From the NCBI RefSeq assembly GCF_002105155.1, contig NW_019029021.1:186001-250000 (forward strand): a stretch of DNA of 64,000 nucleotides, in the 5' to 3' direction. Of this stretch, positions 1 to 13,486 are shown one piece after another. Each line of letters starts with the position of its first letter. The first letter of the stretch is position 1. Under the pieces are notes generated by a model that saw only the letters and a program-made list of their open reading frames with translations, was not told the origin of the DNA and made no database searches. This stretch comes from Lobosporangium transversale (taxonomy: Eukaryota). A program made the translations under genes and the position numbers.

Positions 1-919
1 CCATGTCATCGTCACTATCCAAAGTCCGACGTGCAGGCTTCTCCATCATCTTCTTTTCCAGCTGCTGGATATCTCTAGTCAACTTGACTAAACCATCCAC
101 ATGTGAAGGCGTAGTTGCTGAGGGTGAACTCTGTTTTGAAGGTTGATTAGGAATAACTGCGGCGGTCGTCGTCGTCGGAGCAATAGAGGCAGATGATACA
201 GAGGCGCCTTCATGACGCACTGACTGCGGCTGCGGCCGATTGGGATCATATAATCTATGGTTCTGTTGCTGTCTCTGCTGTTGCTGCTGCTTCTGCTGCT
301 TCTGCTGCTTCTGCGAACCATGACTCGATCGCCTGTGAGCACCTAAATCATGATTATAGGTGTCACCTGGATTAGAGCGTGTGAATGACTGTTGCTGTTG
401 TTGTGTTGTCGAGGTAGAAGGCACAACCGGGATAGGGTCTCTTTTAGGATCAAAAAGTCGGCCAGTTGATCCCGTGGGCCTACTAGAGCTGGTGTCGGAG
501 GCCGCGCCAGTGTTGTTCTCCCTTCGAGAGAGATATCCCCGTGAACGCTCGACAGGTGCACTTGATACACAAGCCGCTGTGGACTCTGAATCATTTTCGG
601 AGGCAGTTGTGCTATTACGGCGGGCTTTATTGCTACTGCTGCCCTTGCCGCCACTACCGCCTTTACCGTTATTACTGTAGGTAGTTCTGTTAGAGGCATT
701 GTTGTTATTGGCGCCAGTGCCGGTGGAGGAGGAGCTGGTACCAGCGTTGGCTGAGTTTAGTCCATTGTGTAAATCTGAATTAAAGGAGGGACTCTTTTCA
801 AGTTTCTTTGGATGATTGCTGCTGGAGCGTTGTTTTCGCGAGCGGGCAGGTTTTGCAGAAGTGGAAGCTGAGTCTGGAGGTACGTATGGAACTGTCAAAC
901 CAGGCTTTGCTGTGCTCAT
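1..919 (-). CDS. N-terminal low-complexity part of a probable EST1/SMG6-like protein, running off the left edge of the window
   Basis: Reading frame from ATG at 919 (MSTAKPGLTVPY...) to position 2; start and end are in the same frame, and it is absent from the ORF track because no stop is reached. Ser/Gln/Gly-rich, with GRLFDPKRDPI and LVKLTRDIQQLEKKMME, which resemble motifs preceding the EST1/TPR region of fungal Est1/SMG-like proteins (recalled, not searched). Confidence 0.55.
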   Translation of the reverse strand, partial: MSTAKPGLTVPYVPPDSASTSAKPARSRKQRSSSNHPKKLEKSPSFNSDLHNGLNSANAGTSSSSTGTGANNNNASNRTTYSNNGKGGSGGKGSSSNKARRNSTTASENDSESTAACVSSAPVERSRGYLSRRENNTGAASDTSSSRPTGSTGRLFDPKRDPIPVVPSTSTTQQQQQSFTRSNPGDTYNHDLGAHRRSSHGSQKQQKQQKQQQQQRQQQNHRLYDPNRPQPQSVRHEGASVSSASIAPTTTTAAVIPNQPSKQSSPSATTPSHVDGLVKLTRDIQQLEKKMMEKPARRTLDSDDDM

Positions 920-1436
920 CACTCGCGGGTATCTGGGAACGGTAGGATAGAGAGAATGGGGTGCAAAAGGCGAATAACGTAACTATCAATATTAGGAAAA
1001 TGCGGGAGGTGTGGTCCAATAGACAATAGAGAAGGGTTATTAAAAGGCGAGCTGAGGCTGCAAAAGTTTGTTATAATGGAGTGATGAGAATAAAGAAGAA
1101 ATTGATGAATGTTGGAAATGGAAGAAAAGAGAACATTAAATCAAAGAAAAAAATAATAATGATAATAATAAAAACAATAAAGATTTGAAATCCATGAGAA
1201 GCAACACAATGCTTTTTCTGGGAAGTTGTCACACTGTCATGAGCCTTCAGTGTTTATATTTCATGGATAGCACCATCTAAAAAATATAAACATGTGGTGG
1301 GGCGCCGCAGTTGATTACAACCCCTGCGTAGTGTCATGGAAGCTGGTGGCAGGTGACACAAAAAAAGTTGACTACGTAAGGAGAGTTGGATATTAAAGGC
1401 AAAACGTTGTTTATCTTTAAAATGTGGTTTGATAGG

Positions 1437-4187
1437 CTACTTTGAGCAAGTATTCATTGAAGCAACATAGAATAGTGCCCATGTCAGGGTCAAACCATCA
1501 TCAAGTGGTATTCGTCCACCATCTCGGACTGAAAAGTATTGCCATGCCGCCTCCTTGTCCAATGTGGCATAATTCATCATCAAGATCGACTTCCAACCAT
1601 CTTCAATATATCCGACTCGGGACTTCAACAAACTCTCCCATTCTTCTTGTACAAACTTGCGTCGGCGCACGAGTGGTAACGCCGGTGTAGCCGGAATCAT
1701 TTGGATACCTTGAATGCACTCTGCAAAACATAAACATGTTTTAAATAAATAGAAAAGTTAATAAACCTTAGCCATGAGCAATCTTGAGAAACTGATTCAT
1801 ATTTAGCAATCCCGACAGCAAGAAGGAATATTAAAAACCATGAGTGGGTTAAATAATTTACCAATGCGTGATGAGAAGTAGGTTGTGTGGTCAACCTTGT
1901 TTTCAAAAAGGATACCAGTCACTTTGTTGCCGATAAAGGCTCTTGGGTGGTTCATATTGTCATTCTCCAACAAAAAGTAAGCTTGGATAGACCTGCGCGC
2001 AATCGTCAACATCAACTGACCAAGTCGTTCCAGCTCGGGCTGATTATCCATTCTACCCCAAAGTGACATGGCATAGTAAAAGTTGATGTCTTCAGACGTC
2101 GATTCTTCGTCTTTGCCATCCAATGAAACGAAAATTCCTTGGGACCACGAGTGGCCCATAAACCAGTCAAAGGAGCGGAAGACAGGGAAGTAAGGATCGT
2201 CTTTGGAAGGATTTGCCACGTCGCGTACGAGGCTGTTAACGAATGCTGAGACATCGCTGGTTCTCCATTTAGGGTCTAAGTGACGGATAATCGCAGCAGT
2301 ATGGATAAAGTAGCCATAATGATAGTGGTGATCACTAATAAAAACGAGGATAACCATCGTCAATGGTCAATCTTTAGACCTCAAAGTTCAATAAAACAGA
2401 TCTGAGTTACTTACTTGTACCAACTGTTCCCAAAGTCAGCCAAGGCGCCCTTCTCCAATCCCTGTATACTAATTAGTCCTCGCCAGGTTTTGTCGTAAAC
2501 CAAGCGATACTGTTGCTTATTGTCCAAAAACCGCTCAAAAGCCCTCTTGAGTTTCCAAAGACATTTCTCATACAAGGGTCCATTCCGGTCCCCGATTACA
2601 TCAATTACGACCAAACTTAGGAGCGCAAATTTGGCAAGTCTCTTGCCCGAAAAATACATTGAGTCCAGATCCGCATCAAGATCGAAATCCAGCTCAGCGT
2701 CTCTCTCTGCTTGCTGTCGAATCTCGATTAATCGCTCTGACGTAACAACCTCTGACCAACTCTCAGGAAGGAGCCCAACTTTGAGCCGTTCAGGCTCATA
2801 TAGAAACCAGATAGGTCCTTCGTATGCCACCATCTTACCTTTGGTCGTGGATGGAAGCGTCACTGATGTAGGAACTGCGATATCTGTGAGGATCTCTCGA
2901 TGATGTGGCAGCGTGAAGTGGATAAACTTTTTACTAATGTCCCCAGCCAACTTCCAATCGATCCTATAGCCGCCTGCATCACTATATTGTTGAAATATGG
3001 TGAAAAAAAAAAAAAAAAAAAAAAAAAAGTTAAGACAAAACCGATATAGGATGCGCATGTCTATGAGCTATATATGTTATATGCTCTAGAGTTGTTTTTT
3101 ACTTTTTCAGATTTTTCTGGAGGACAGAGAGGTGTCCTCCGGTGGTATAAACACCAACAGCTTGATCATAGAGACGCTCCGTTTCCACTTCGTTTCCAAT
3201 TGGTAATTTAGCAATCTGGATCAATCCTGTAAACTTCCCTGAGGTGGACACAACGCGTCTTTGCTCCTTTTTTTCAAGCTGCAATGGACCATCTTTCACC
3301 CTTAGTGGTCTCGCATATAACAACCAGGTGACTCCATTTTCGATCAAGAATCTATACTTAACCCAGCCTTCATTTACTCTATCAGAACTCAGGTTTAAAT
3401 CGCGCTCCAAGGTTCGTACTAAGGTTTCGGAATAGACCTGTGGAGTCAAATCACGATATATTCCTGTAATGAAGGCCATGCCCCTGACAATAGGGACCCG
3501 GATAAAAGACCTTGGGTTCTCTTGACGCCCCTGTGCTCCCTCGCTGTCAGGGAATAAGAGCATGGTGCATCCAAATTCTTCAAAGTCTCCGACACTCATC
3601 TGGTGATTTGTATCAAACTCTGCTGCAGAAAGCCCCATGCTGACTAGGAAAGGGTTGAGGTAATACTTGGAGCTCCCTGGAGATGTATCATCTCCCCAAT
3701 TGTTCCCTCCTTCCTCGGTCGGGTTGGAAAAATCCTGTGAGGGCCCAAATACTTTCATATCATCATCGATATGTGAGATACCAAGACCTTGCTGCCCAAG
3801 GCTAGCGCCATCCCATCGTAAGCCATACGGGTGTGTCCAGACCGGGGCGTGCGAGTCATCAAGCATCAGGTTTCCATAAAACTTGTTTGTAGGAAGCGAT
3901 CTGGCTCTATCCTTTGCTTGGATTCGCATCGGCTCTACCACATGATCATGGTGATCAAACATTGGTAATGGCGGCTCTTTACTGATAGGCTTTAAGATTG
4001 AGTCGTCGTGATTTAATGTCATCTGTGACAGAGACCGCTCTTTGTGGCCAACATCCGCAGGTTCAAACATTTTTACAATTGTTCTCTTTCGAGGCCGACT
4101 TTGATGGTTAATGATAATACTAATGGCTGCTGACCTAGCTATAAGAGTTATTGCCAGAATAAGTGGAATAAGTGTTAGGCTTCGCAT
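1437..4187 (-). CDS. Endo-1,3(4)-beta-glucanase, glycoside hydrolase family 81 (about 4 exons)
   Basis: ORF pieces 3099-4199, 2411-3058, 1803-2363 and 1437-1700 carry GH81 motifs: LPTNKFYGNL, DFGNSWY/DHHYHYGYFI, FRSFDWFMGHSWSQG, GKDEESTSED, KVTGILFENKVDHTTYF, LDDGLTLTWAL. Hydrophobic N-terminus MRSLTLIPLILAITLIA. Introns near 3100-2990, 2415-2337 and 1860-1713. Confidence 0.93.
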
Positions 4188-4503
4188 TGTTGGAGACAAT
4201 GGTCATTAATGCCCCTTCCTTTTCTTGAAGCAAAGCGAGAGACATGAAAGAAGGAGAAAGAAGAGATGGCTGGAGGGATGGTTGTGTAGTTTAACCAATG
4301 CTTTTACTTTGGGTACTTTGGTGTATTTCCTTGTGCAAAAGGAGTGAAGAAGAGGCTTTTGCCTAAAATAATGCAATGGGAGTGCTTTGTTCAGAAAGAG
4401 TGCAGTTGTCTTAATGCGTCAATATATATCTTTTCGGTATGAGGAAAAAGGGAAAAAGAAAAAACGCAAAATTTCTTTTTATTCTTTTTTAGTGTTTTAA
4501 AGT

Positions 4504-5302
4504 CTAAAATCCCTCTGTTGCCGATGATGTAGTTGGCCGTTTATTATAAGGTACTGCTGACTCTTCTGCAACAGCCCTAGGAGGTCTGAATGTTGATGGT
4601 TTCTTCCTCTTTATTTTACCTCCTGCAGTCTTCCCTGCCTGAAAATTCCTCCAACCCTGTACACGATCATCTCTAGAATCTTCCCACACCTTTTGTGCTT
4701 CTTGCTTTCGTTTCCGTTCCGAAATAACTTCATCCTGTTTCCTTGCCTCAGCTCCCTCTGCTTCCATTTCCTTCTTAATCAGCTTGCGCTTGCGTAATTC
4801 TGCCTCAATCAATAAATCCTTCGTCTTTTGTTTGACCAGGGACTTGTAAACGGGCGATGTAAAAAAAGGATCTGTCGGTGCAATGTTCAATGGTTGTGCT
4901 TTCTTGACTTCGTATTTGGCTTCCTCAATAATACTGTTTAAAAATGAACGTTTGCCTGGATCCATGAGATCCATTTCTGCCTTCTTGAGTAGATCAAAAG
5001 CATCCTGTGCTTTCGGATGTTTGACCTTGTCAGGATGAATCATCAGTCTATATCCCAAAAAAATAAATAAATAAACCTAGCTTTACTTTACATTTCTCCC
5101 AAAGATTCTTTTTCTTCCCTTTCATGACTTACGATTTCCTGCGGTATGCCATCTTGATGTCTTTTTCAACACAATTCATGTCCAGTTCGAGGATGTCATA
5201 TGGGTCTAGCTTGAAGCATGCCATAATACGCTCTACTTCTGCATCTTTTTGCACAGCTGATGCTTCCACTTCCAGCATCCGTTCAATGTCAAAGTCGGCC
5301 AT
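4504..5302 (-). CDS. J-domain (DnaJ) protein, DNAJC8/Spf31-like (2 exons)
   Basis: Exon 1 from ATG 5302 reads MADFDIERMLEVEASAVQKDAEVERIMACFKLDPYDILEL...AYRRKS. After an intron (~5132-5048) it continues LMIHPDK (HPD motif). The C-terminal WEDSRDDRVQGWRNF and FRPP motifs are typical of DNAJC8. Confidence 0.9.
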
Positions 5303-5491
5303 GCTTCCTCGCGTTTCTTCTTGTCACAATGGCAATAGTTTAAATATATTACAATGTCGTTCAGGGTAGAAAGTGTAGTAATGGATTGATGTTGACAAAG
5401 TTTAATTGCATCGTATTGCCTGCAAGTCACGTTTCGGCTCTCAGGCAAGCAGTCTCATGGGTATGAATTTTTTTTAAAAAAAAAAATAGTT

Positions 5492-8400
5492 TTACAAAGC
5501 AATTGGTTCACTAGCGCTACCTAAATGTCTAAGTTTTGAAGGACCACCGGCACTTAGATCTGATGTATGTCTTGACATTGTTGACATCCTTCTTGCGGCG
5601 CCCTCGCCTTGCCGTTGTCCATACATCTGTGAAGACGAAGGTGTCATTGGTATCGGCCGTAATACTGTGATTGCTGAAGGGTTGATTGAGATCGATTTTG
5701 TCTTATTATTGGTTTTATAGATACCCACAAGGCGATCCGCAAGCTCAAACATGTTGTTACGAAGTGAAATGATCACGAATTGTGCATTCTTTGTCCGCTC
5801 TTTGATATAGTTGGCCACAATCGAGACATTCCTAAAGTCAAGGGCTGCATCAATCTCATCCATCACATACAATGGTGTGGGCTTGTAGTGGTGCAATGCA
5901 AAAACAAGAGCAAGAGAACTCAATGTCTAAGTCATACATACGAGGATATTCAGCTTCAAGTTAGCATAGTAATTAAAGATTATAAAACAGCACCATCCCA
6001 TGCACCATGCATACTGAAAAGCTTACCTTTTCACCTCCAGACAAGTTGGAGATGTTTTTCCAACTCTTTTTAGGAGGCATGACACTAAAGATAATACCTT
6101 CTGAAAAAGGATCCAGACTGTCAACCAGCTCCAGTTCTGCATTGCCTCCTAGCGTAATCATTTGGTACATCTCCTTCAGTCGTTGCGAGATGATCTGGAA
6201 CCCTGCCATGAATTCATCCAGCCGTCGTTTTCGAAGCTCGTCATATGCTTTTTTAGCCTCCTCTCTCCGGACAGTAATCTCTTCTAGGTCTTTTGCTCTG
6301 GCCAAGTACTCTTCTTCACGCTTCTTGTACTCCTCCAAGACCGAGAGGTTTGGCTTGGCGGATGAAAGCTGCACCTCTAATTGCTGAATCTGTTGCTCTA
6401 ATTCGTGCTTGTCAATCATACCCAAATCTGTTTCTGGAATCTCTTGAAGTTCAGCCACAACCTCATCCTCATCATAATCAACCTCCTGGAGAGTAAGCCC
6501 CTTCAATTGGTCACTCCAATGTTTGGTGCGACGTCCCACATCTGCTAGTGATTGCTTTAAATCATCCAACTGGTTCTTCATTTCAACTTCAGCAGTCCGA
6601 ATCTTATTAATAACTTTGAGCTTTTCATCTAGCTCCTGCTTCATCTCCTCCATCTCCTCTTTCTTCTCTTCCATGGTTTGTTTGGCTTCTTCGGCCTTTT
6701 TACGGATGATGACAGCTTCTTGCGTCTTTTCCTTGATTTGCTTCTCTAATTCCTGCAGATCCTCAGATACCTCTGCTAACTCCTTCTCATGCTTTGCAAC
6801 CTGAGTTCCAAGCTTAACCACGTCCTTCTCGGCCTTGTTCTTGGCTACTCTAGTTTTGGTTGATTTGTCTCCTAATGCTTCAATTTGTTCTCTCAGTCCA
6901 ACAACTTTAGACTTTTGAGCCCTAAGTTTGACACCTCCTGCATCTAGAATCTTGTTCTGGAGATCCTTGATCTTTTCTTCAATCGATTGAGCATTCTGTT
7001 TGATAGCATCCATTTCAGCTCTAAGTTCTGTTGCCTTTTTAGACAGTTGTTTCATCTTGGTTAAATCCGCGGGCTTCGGCTCTGCTTCCTTCTTTAACAT
7101 CTCGACACGCTTCTCGCTTTCTGAGATGCGTTTTTGATTTGAATCCACATCCATCTTGAACATCGACAAGCGCATCTCCATCTTTGGAACATTAGCCACA
7201 GTCGAGCTAAGTTCTCGTTCTATCGAAAGTTTCTCTTGCTGGAAAAATCTATACGCCGTTTCTGCCTGGTCGCGTTCGTGTTCAAGCTTCTCTACTGCCT
7301 CAGCTGTATACTCGCCTGTAGACAATGTTGAGCTCATTGCCCCGCGCATCACACGTGTGCCACCTCCTGTCATAGTTCCAGACTTGTCAATTAGCTGTCC
7401 ATCTAATGTTACCACTCTCCACCGCTGTTTTCCATATGCGATCCTATTAGCCTGCCTTAAATCGTCCGCAACAAGTGTATCCTGCATCACACTATAAAAC
7501 GCGGGCGCAAACTTGGGATCTGCGGGTCGAACAAGATCGAAAAGACGAGGAACATTTTCAGGGGTCTGGATGGGTCTCAAGTCCTTTTTGGGAAGTTGAT
7601 TTAAAAGAATAAGTGAAACACGGCCTAGATTACTCTTGCGAACAAATTCGATACACTGTTGTCCCACTTCAACATCATCTACGACAATATTCTCCAGAGC
7701 TGGACAAGCAGTCGAAATTGCTACGTCATACTTGTCATCAATAGCGCCTAAATTGCCGAGACGGCCATGAATGCCATTGATCCGCCCAAGATCTCGTTGC
7801 CGCATGAGATTGTTCAGTACGGCAGAGCGAGACTGCGTCTTTTGTTGAGACGCGCGGGCCTCCTCCGCACGGGCTCTAGCATGGTTAGCCCTATCTCTCA
7901 GCAGTACTTCTCTTTGAGCCATTTCCTATAATGAGATCAGTGCATAAAAACAGAAAAAAGCGTGAGCTGATTCACGCCTCTTTACTGCGCATATGGATAG
8001 CTAAGGGCGAGAGCTGCAAGTACGTCCATTCCTACCTTAATATTTCGTTCCATATTTGCAATCTGTCCTGCAGACGCCTGGATATTCTCCTTTAATTCGA
8101 GAATCTCAGTCTCTTTTACTTCTTGTGCGTTCTTGAGTGTCTTCAAACTCTCAAGAGCATTCTCATAATTGAGTCGCTGGTTCTTAGCCTTTTCCTCAAG
8201 TAGATCATATTCAGACTGAGCCATGTCAATTTCACTTTGCTTGCCTACAATCTTGGCTGTCCACGGCGCGAGCTGTTTTTGATGTTCCTCAATCTGCTGA
8301 GTAAACTCTTCTGTTTTGCCCTTGAGACTTTCACGAATGTTTTCCAGTTCCACTTCTGCAGCCTCTAAATTTTTTTCAAGCTTTTCGAGTTCTGCTTGAT

Positions 8401-10361
8401 GTTTGACAAGATCTGCTTCATGGTTGCGGACCCAGGATTGGTTGTCAGCGAGTGAGTGTTTGTCCTAAATTGTAAGATATATAGCGTATTGTAAGCGAGA
8501 GGTTTTCGTTCTTAATGGCGACGACAAGGAGTTAGTGGTAGTGATAACCAAAGTGATGATGGATGAACATACAGCGGCAAGCGATTTTGTGATTTTTTTC
8601 TCTTTGCTTTTCAAATGCTTCCTGTTTTCCTGCATCTGGACGTCTTCACGATCGATTTTAGCTAACTGTTTGAGAACTTCACTTGTCTCTTTGTCTATTT
8701 TCTATTGATTCAGGGTGGAGAAACATTGTGTTAGTTCCAAATTTATCAAAAATACACACTTGATATTTGCAATGGGCAAAACTTTCAGAAGTGGTTACCT
8801 CATATTCCTTGACTCTAGCATTGTGCTCTGTCTCCAAAGCCTGAATCTCATCTCGAAGCCCTTTATGTTTGTTCTGATCCTCCTCAAGCTTAGCTGATAG
8901 TTGAGCCTAATGTGTTATCGGATCCAGACTGATGAGTACTAGTTTGTAATAGAATCGAAGAAGCACACAGCTCTGTCAAGTATATACTTACAACTTGTTT
9001 CTCCTCTTTTTCTGCCTTTTTTTTGCATTCCCAAAGGTAAATCTGATAAAGTGCAGACTGCTTTAAAGCCAGGTTGTTCCCGTCCTTCAAAAATGACTCT
9101 GCTTCCCTTTTTCTTTCCTAGTGTGTGGGGCACAGTTAGAATATTATGCTTAGATTAGCAAAAAGATAAATAACATACTATATTAGCATGCCTTAATACT
9201 ATAGCAAGAAAAGAATCTTACCTCCAAACTGTCTTTCTCTTTTTCGACGTACTTGACCCTTGTCAATCTCTCTGAGCGCTCATCATTCAATGCCTCTAGC
9301 TCCACTGCAGAACTTTCAATAGTCTCTTTGTATGCTGATGTGCCGATAATATCTTCTAGATATTCCAGTAGACCATCTTCATGGTCATTCTGCGCCTTAG
9401 CCTTCATCTGAGCAATCGATTCAACTTCACCCTGTAGAATTAGGAATCTTTTATGATCAAGGTCAATGCCTCGGCCCTTCAAGAGTGTTGTTACAGCAGT
9501 ATAAGAACTCAAAAAGTTGTTCACAAAGTATTTGCTAGAGTTGTTCTGGTAGGCCACACGAGACACCACCAAAGTTGAACCTTGAATTCGCTCAAAATTA
9601 TCAGGCCCTGGCTACGAGAAACAGAATGTATGAGGTATTGAAATGACTGGTAAATATTTACCATAGTGGTCGATCGATTTCACTGCAAATGGGGCACATT
9701 TCAATAAGAGATGAAAAAGCAGAAAATAATGTATTACCAGGTCCATGATCTCGCAGAAATGAATCTCCACAGCACAGCTGTCAATATTTTCAGCACCTGA
9801 TGAATTGTGAATAAGCTCTGAGAGCTTCCCTTGACGCATCTTACTGGCTCTGTATCCGAAAACGAAAAGCAATGCATCAATGACATTACTCTTGCCGCTG
9901 CCATTAGGTCCTACAATGGATGTGAATGACTTATGAAAGGGCCCAATTTCCTGACGACCAGCATAGGATTTGAAGTTAATGAGGACCATCTTCTCAATCA
10001 CAAGGCGTGGTGCGATCTCCACAGTAGACTCATTGATAGCTTCTACTGTGACAGCTGAGTTACGTTTTGAAAAGGCGAGAGTTTGACGTGAAGAAGATCC
10101 GTTTGGGGTCTGAGTTTGCGGTAGGGGCGTAGCCGGTTGGTTATTGGTGATGGCTGATTGCTGAGACGAGGAGGAAATAGTTTGAGATGTCGGTGCAATG
10201 TTAATTGCTTCGGCCATCTCCTCCACGGTGTCCATCTCCTCCACGGTGTCCATCTCCTCCACAGTGCCCATCTCCTCCACACTCTCCACGTTGTCCACGT
10301 TATCCACGCTGTCCATGTTGTCCACCTTGTCTTCCTTGTCCACGTTTTCCATGCTGTCCAT
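5492..10361 (-). CDS. SMC4: Condensin subunit SMC4 (multi-exon)
   Basis: NFKSYAG...[28 protein letters not shown] (Walker A), [10 protein letters not shown] (Q-loop), hinge [30 protein letters not shown] signature, [21 protein letters not shown] (Walker B) and long coiled coils. Probable start is ATG 10361 (MDSMENVDK). Confidence 0.97.
10213..10361 (-). repeat. 18-nt (and 9-nt degenerate) coding tandem repeat at the SMC4 N-terminus
   Basis: Plus strand shows catctcctccacggtgtc and degenerate tccacgttg units. These encode [49 protein letters not shown]. Confidence 0.85.
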
Positions 10362-12169
10362 GTGTAAAAAAGGAGAGGCTGGAACTGAAGAAAAACAAGA
10401 AAGGAAGGCGAAAATGCGAGTCCCTGGGAGGAAATAAGAAACCACTAATATCATGTGACTATTACTGGAATTAAGAGATCTTATTGCATCTTCTTGATAG
10501 TGAGCCACACGAAGAAAGAAAAGCAAGAATGAGAGAAAAGAAGGGGGGAGCAAAGGACGGGACATATATGGTCCCGGCTCTCGGATAATAAGCTTAAGTC
10601 GTCATACTATTCAACTTGGTCAGCTAAAAAGGATTGAGCAAAAAAGTCAGGGTCCAAAAACAGGAATGTTCAGGGCCCCGCTCTTTCCGCTCTCTTTGTG
10701 GGGGGCCGTATGGAGTCCCAGGTTGTAATGAGCCTATTCTTCATTAGACAGTGATACTGTCGAGTTTGTAAATCGAATTGTCATCTCCATATTTTCTTCT
10801 ATGATCATCTACTGTGAAAACTACAAGACTTCATAATTATTGACAGAAGAATAGAGGACGAGAACGAACAAAGACTAGCGCCTGCGAGACAAAACTTCAG
10901 ATGGAGAAGCAGGTCTGCCAAGTAGACATCCTTGAAAAAATGATATCTTCTTTGAAAAACTTTGAGAGACTGTACTCGTAGTTACTTTGATACTTGTGAT
11001 GTATACGCTCAATTCAGGGCCTGGTGGAATGAATATAAACAGTGTATCGTACTGATATACAAAACATACCAACATGGGTTTTCTTTTTTTTCTGAAATAG
11101 AGAAATGAAAATGTTGACATGATAGCAAAAAACTATATCAGCCCCATGTATATCACTGCAAGGAATATCTTGCCTCAAACGAAGACGCTCACCATACAAT
11201 GGAGTACTTCATTTCGTAGGACTACTTGTAAGAGAAAAATACAGCTTTGGTTGTTTCCGTGTTTCACATGTTTTATTGTCGTTCACACTTTTTGAACATG
11301 GATGTTAAGTATTTTAACGTTGTTATGTGGGATACTTCACAAAGCATAACGATTGTCATCCCTTCCAATACCACAAGAGTGTTTACATCTCGAACATTTC
11401 CTGTTGAACAAGAGGAGATCCAAGTCAAAAGATTCGTGTTATGGGCATGACAACTTGATGATCTTAGAGCCATAAAGGCCCCTTTTCAAAAACAATTAGC
11501 GCCGAGAATTTAGAACTATTGAAAAAGCATTTGCCAACAATCTTCTATTGAAGAACTGCATGAAGATCGTACCCATTATGGCCAATAAAAGATCTAAAAT
11601 AATAAATTTTACTTTTTCTCATGACACCACCCTGGGCGGAAAGTCATTTTAGCAGAAGAGGGATTGGTAATGTGTGACTCCGTCGTAGGTGAAGGTTTGC
11701 CTTTCTTGTATGTCCTCTCATCAAAGACACCTCTCTTCGGGTATAATAATATTCATCTAAGAGATGCCTCGTTCACAAGATAAAAGATTACTATTATCTT
11801 TATAACAATGAGGATGTAAACACGACCTGCCGCTACCATATAAGCGCTGTGTTATCAAATCACAGGTGTAGTAAAGTATCCAAATATTTAGTCGCGGTGC
11901 GCTACGAGGACCTATACGTATATGACGCGATAGATAGCAAGTTCTTTATTTCCTCCGTCATTGGGTTTGGTGTACCGGTTCACTTTTGTATTAGGGTACA
12001 CCATACCATCACTGACTCACCAGCATTACATTGTTCAGCAGTGTCAAAAAAGAATAAAAGAAAATATAAAAGAAAAGACTAGACTGTTGTAAAAAGTAAG
12101 TGTATCTCCGCTAAGGGAAAGAGGGGTAAGGAAAAATAAAGAAGGAAATAAAGGTAAATTTACAAGGGA

Positions 12170-12870
12170 CACCATCGGATGCCACAAAGTAAGAGAAGCG
12201 TGTTATGGGCAAGAACAAGGACCGAATCGCTGAAAGTCTAGAGCTTGAAAGTAGAAGGGGAACTAACATGTGTAAAGGTAAGCTAGAGAAGGACTGCAGG
12301 ATGAAAGACTAAGGGCTTGCTTGAGCCAGACTCTTTCTTTATATTATCTGTTTGTAGGCATGGCCGTGAAAGTTCCTGACAAGGCCAAGGGAGGGGGATT
12401 CACCAATAGCTAATGAAAGGCCTTTGCACAAAGAAACTTTCCTTCCTGTGGATTCACAAAACATCCCGATTGGTAAATAATAAATGAGTTAATAGAATAA
12501 AAATTAGATAAAGCGTTAAAATGCCCAGCAACAACATAGCTCCGGCGCGCCAGCGAACTTTAGTTTACCGGAGGAGCACTGGCTCCTCATGTATAGATTT
12601 CCATGACTGCATGGCAAGATCTCTTGGACTTTATGAAATATGTTTGGATAAGAGACGAACAGCTCATTTGCAGCATACATAAAGGCTCTAGCAGTCAGCA
12701 AGAAAGTTTGCATTGTTAAAGAGGTTCATGCGGCTATTTATTGAGATGCTCAGAGTGGATTATGTGAGAGGAAATGGGAAAAGTGAGGGAGTGAAGATCG
12801 TTGCTCTTTCGCGCAGCTGCAATATCTTTTTTCAGTTGACCGCACATGTCTGAAGAAATAAGAAAATACT
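12170..12870. repeat. ~0.65-kb dispersed non-coding repeat, copy 1 of 4 (others ~32515-33160, ~37075-37775, ~44975-45690)
   Basis: Shared blocks such as ttaactcatttattatttaccaatcgggatgttttgtgaatccacaggaaggaaag, and the hairpin gaggagc-N4-gctcctc, occur in all four places. Confidence 0.9.
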
Positions 12871-13486
12871 TCCGTATAAACACCATCGTACAAGTGCAGA
12901 CACGGTTACAAACTCCTTTTGAGCAGGATGGCCATCTAGCATTCTATCGAACACTCAGTAATGTTTTACCGGTACAATTTAAACATTCAGAGCGTAGAAA
13001 AGAAAGGAGTATGTCTGATGTGTTCAAACACGAGATGTATAGTTGTAAAAGTAAAAGTTTGATACTATATCTGGCAAGAGAATTCTGGCGGTGAGACAAT
13101 GGTGATAGGAGCGTTCCAAGAACAACTGCGTACTCTCTATATCGACGCTATGAAAAGTCTTGTTTAAGAAAAAGAAGCCATAGTAGAGAAAGAAGAAAGG
13201 GGATTCAAACGAAGACGAGATTCGGCTTTCTCTTCAGCTAAATCACAACTCGTTGGGCAGCCATAAAAGAAAAAGCACTTTCATATTGACACAAACATTG
13301 GTTGTAAAGGTTACTTTTGCAATGTGTAATTCTTGTAAATGTTTTTATTACTACAATGGTCCTTATCATCACCATCATATAGATTGTATTGCAATTTTCA
13401 GGAAGTGGATATGCACTAAAAGGCTCATGTGTAAGGTCCCTGTCTCTGTGTTAGGATAGGATGTGACAATGCTCTTCGTTTCTTCT

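Noticed and set aside
88..1019. ORF-track entries 88-342, 193-375, 343-699, 360-680 and 798-1019
   Set aside because: These are alternative-frame or antisense shadows of the real minus-strand frame 919 to <1.
10875..11780. Possible decayed coding sequence between SMC4 and the duplication boundary
   Set aside because: Short ORFs on both strands with no motif I can recognise; cannot be supported without a search.
11849..13459. Short ORFs (65-82 aa) conserved between the duplicated segments
   Set aside because: Conservation only reflects the recent DNA duplication. They have no recognisable domains, and the diverged 32.5-kb copy does not preserve the 65-aa frame.
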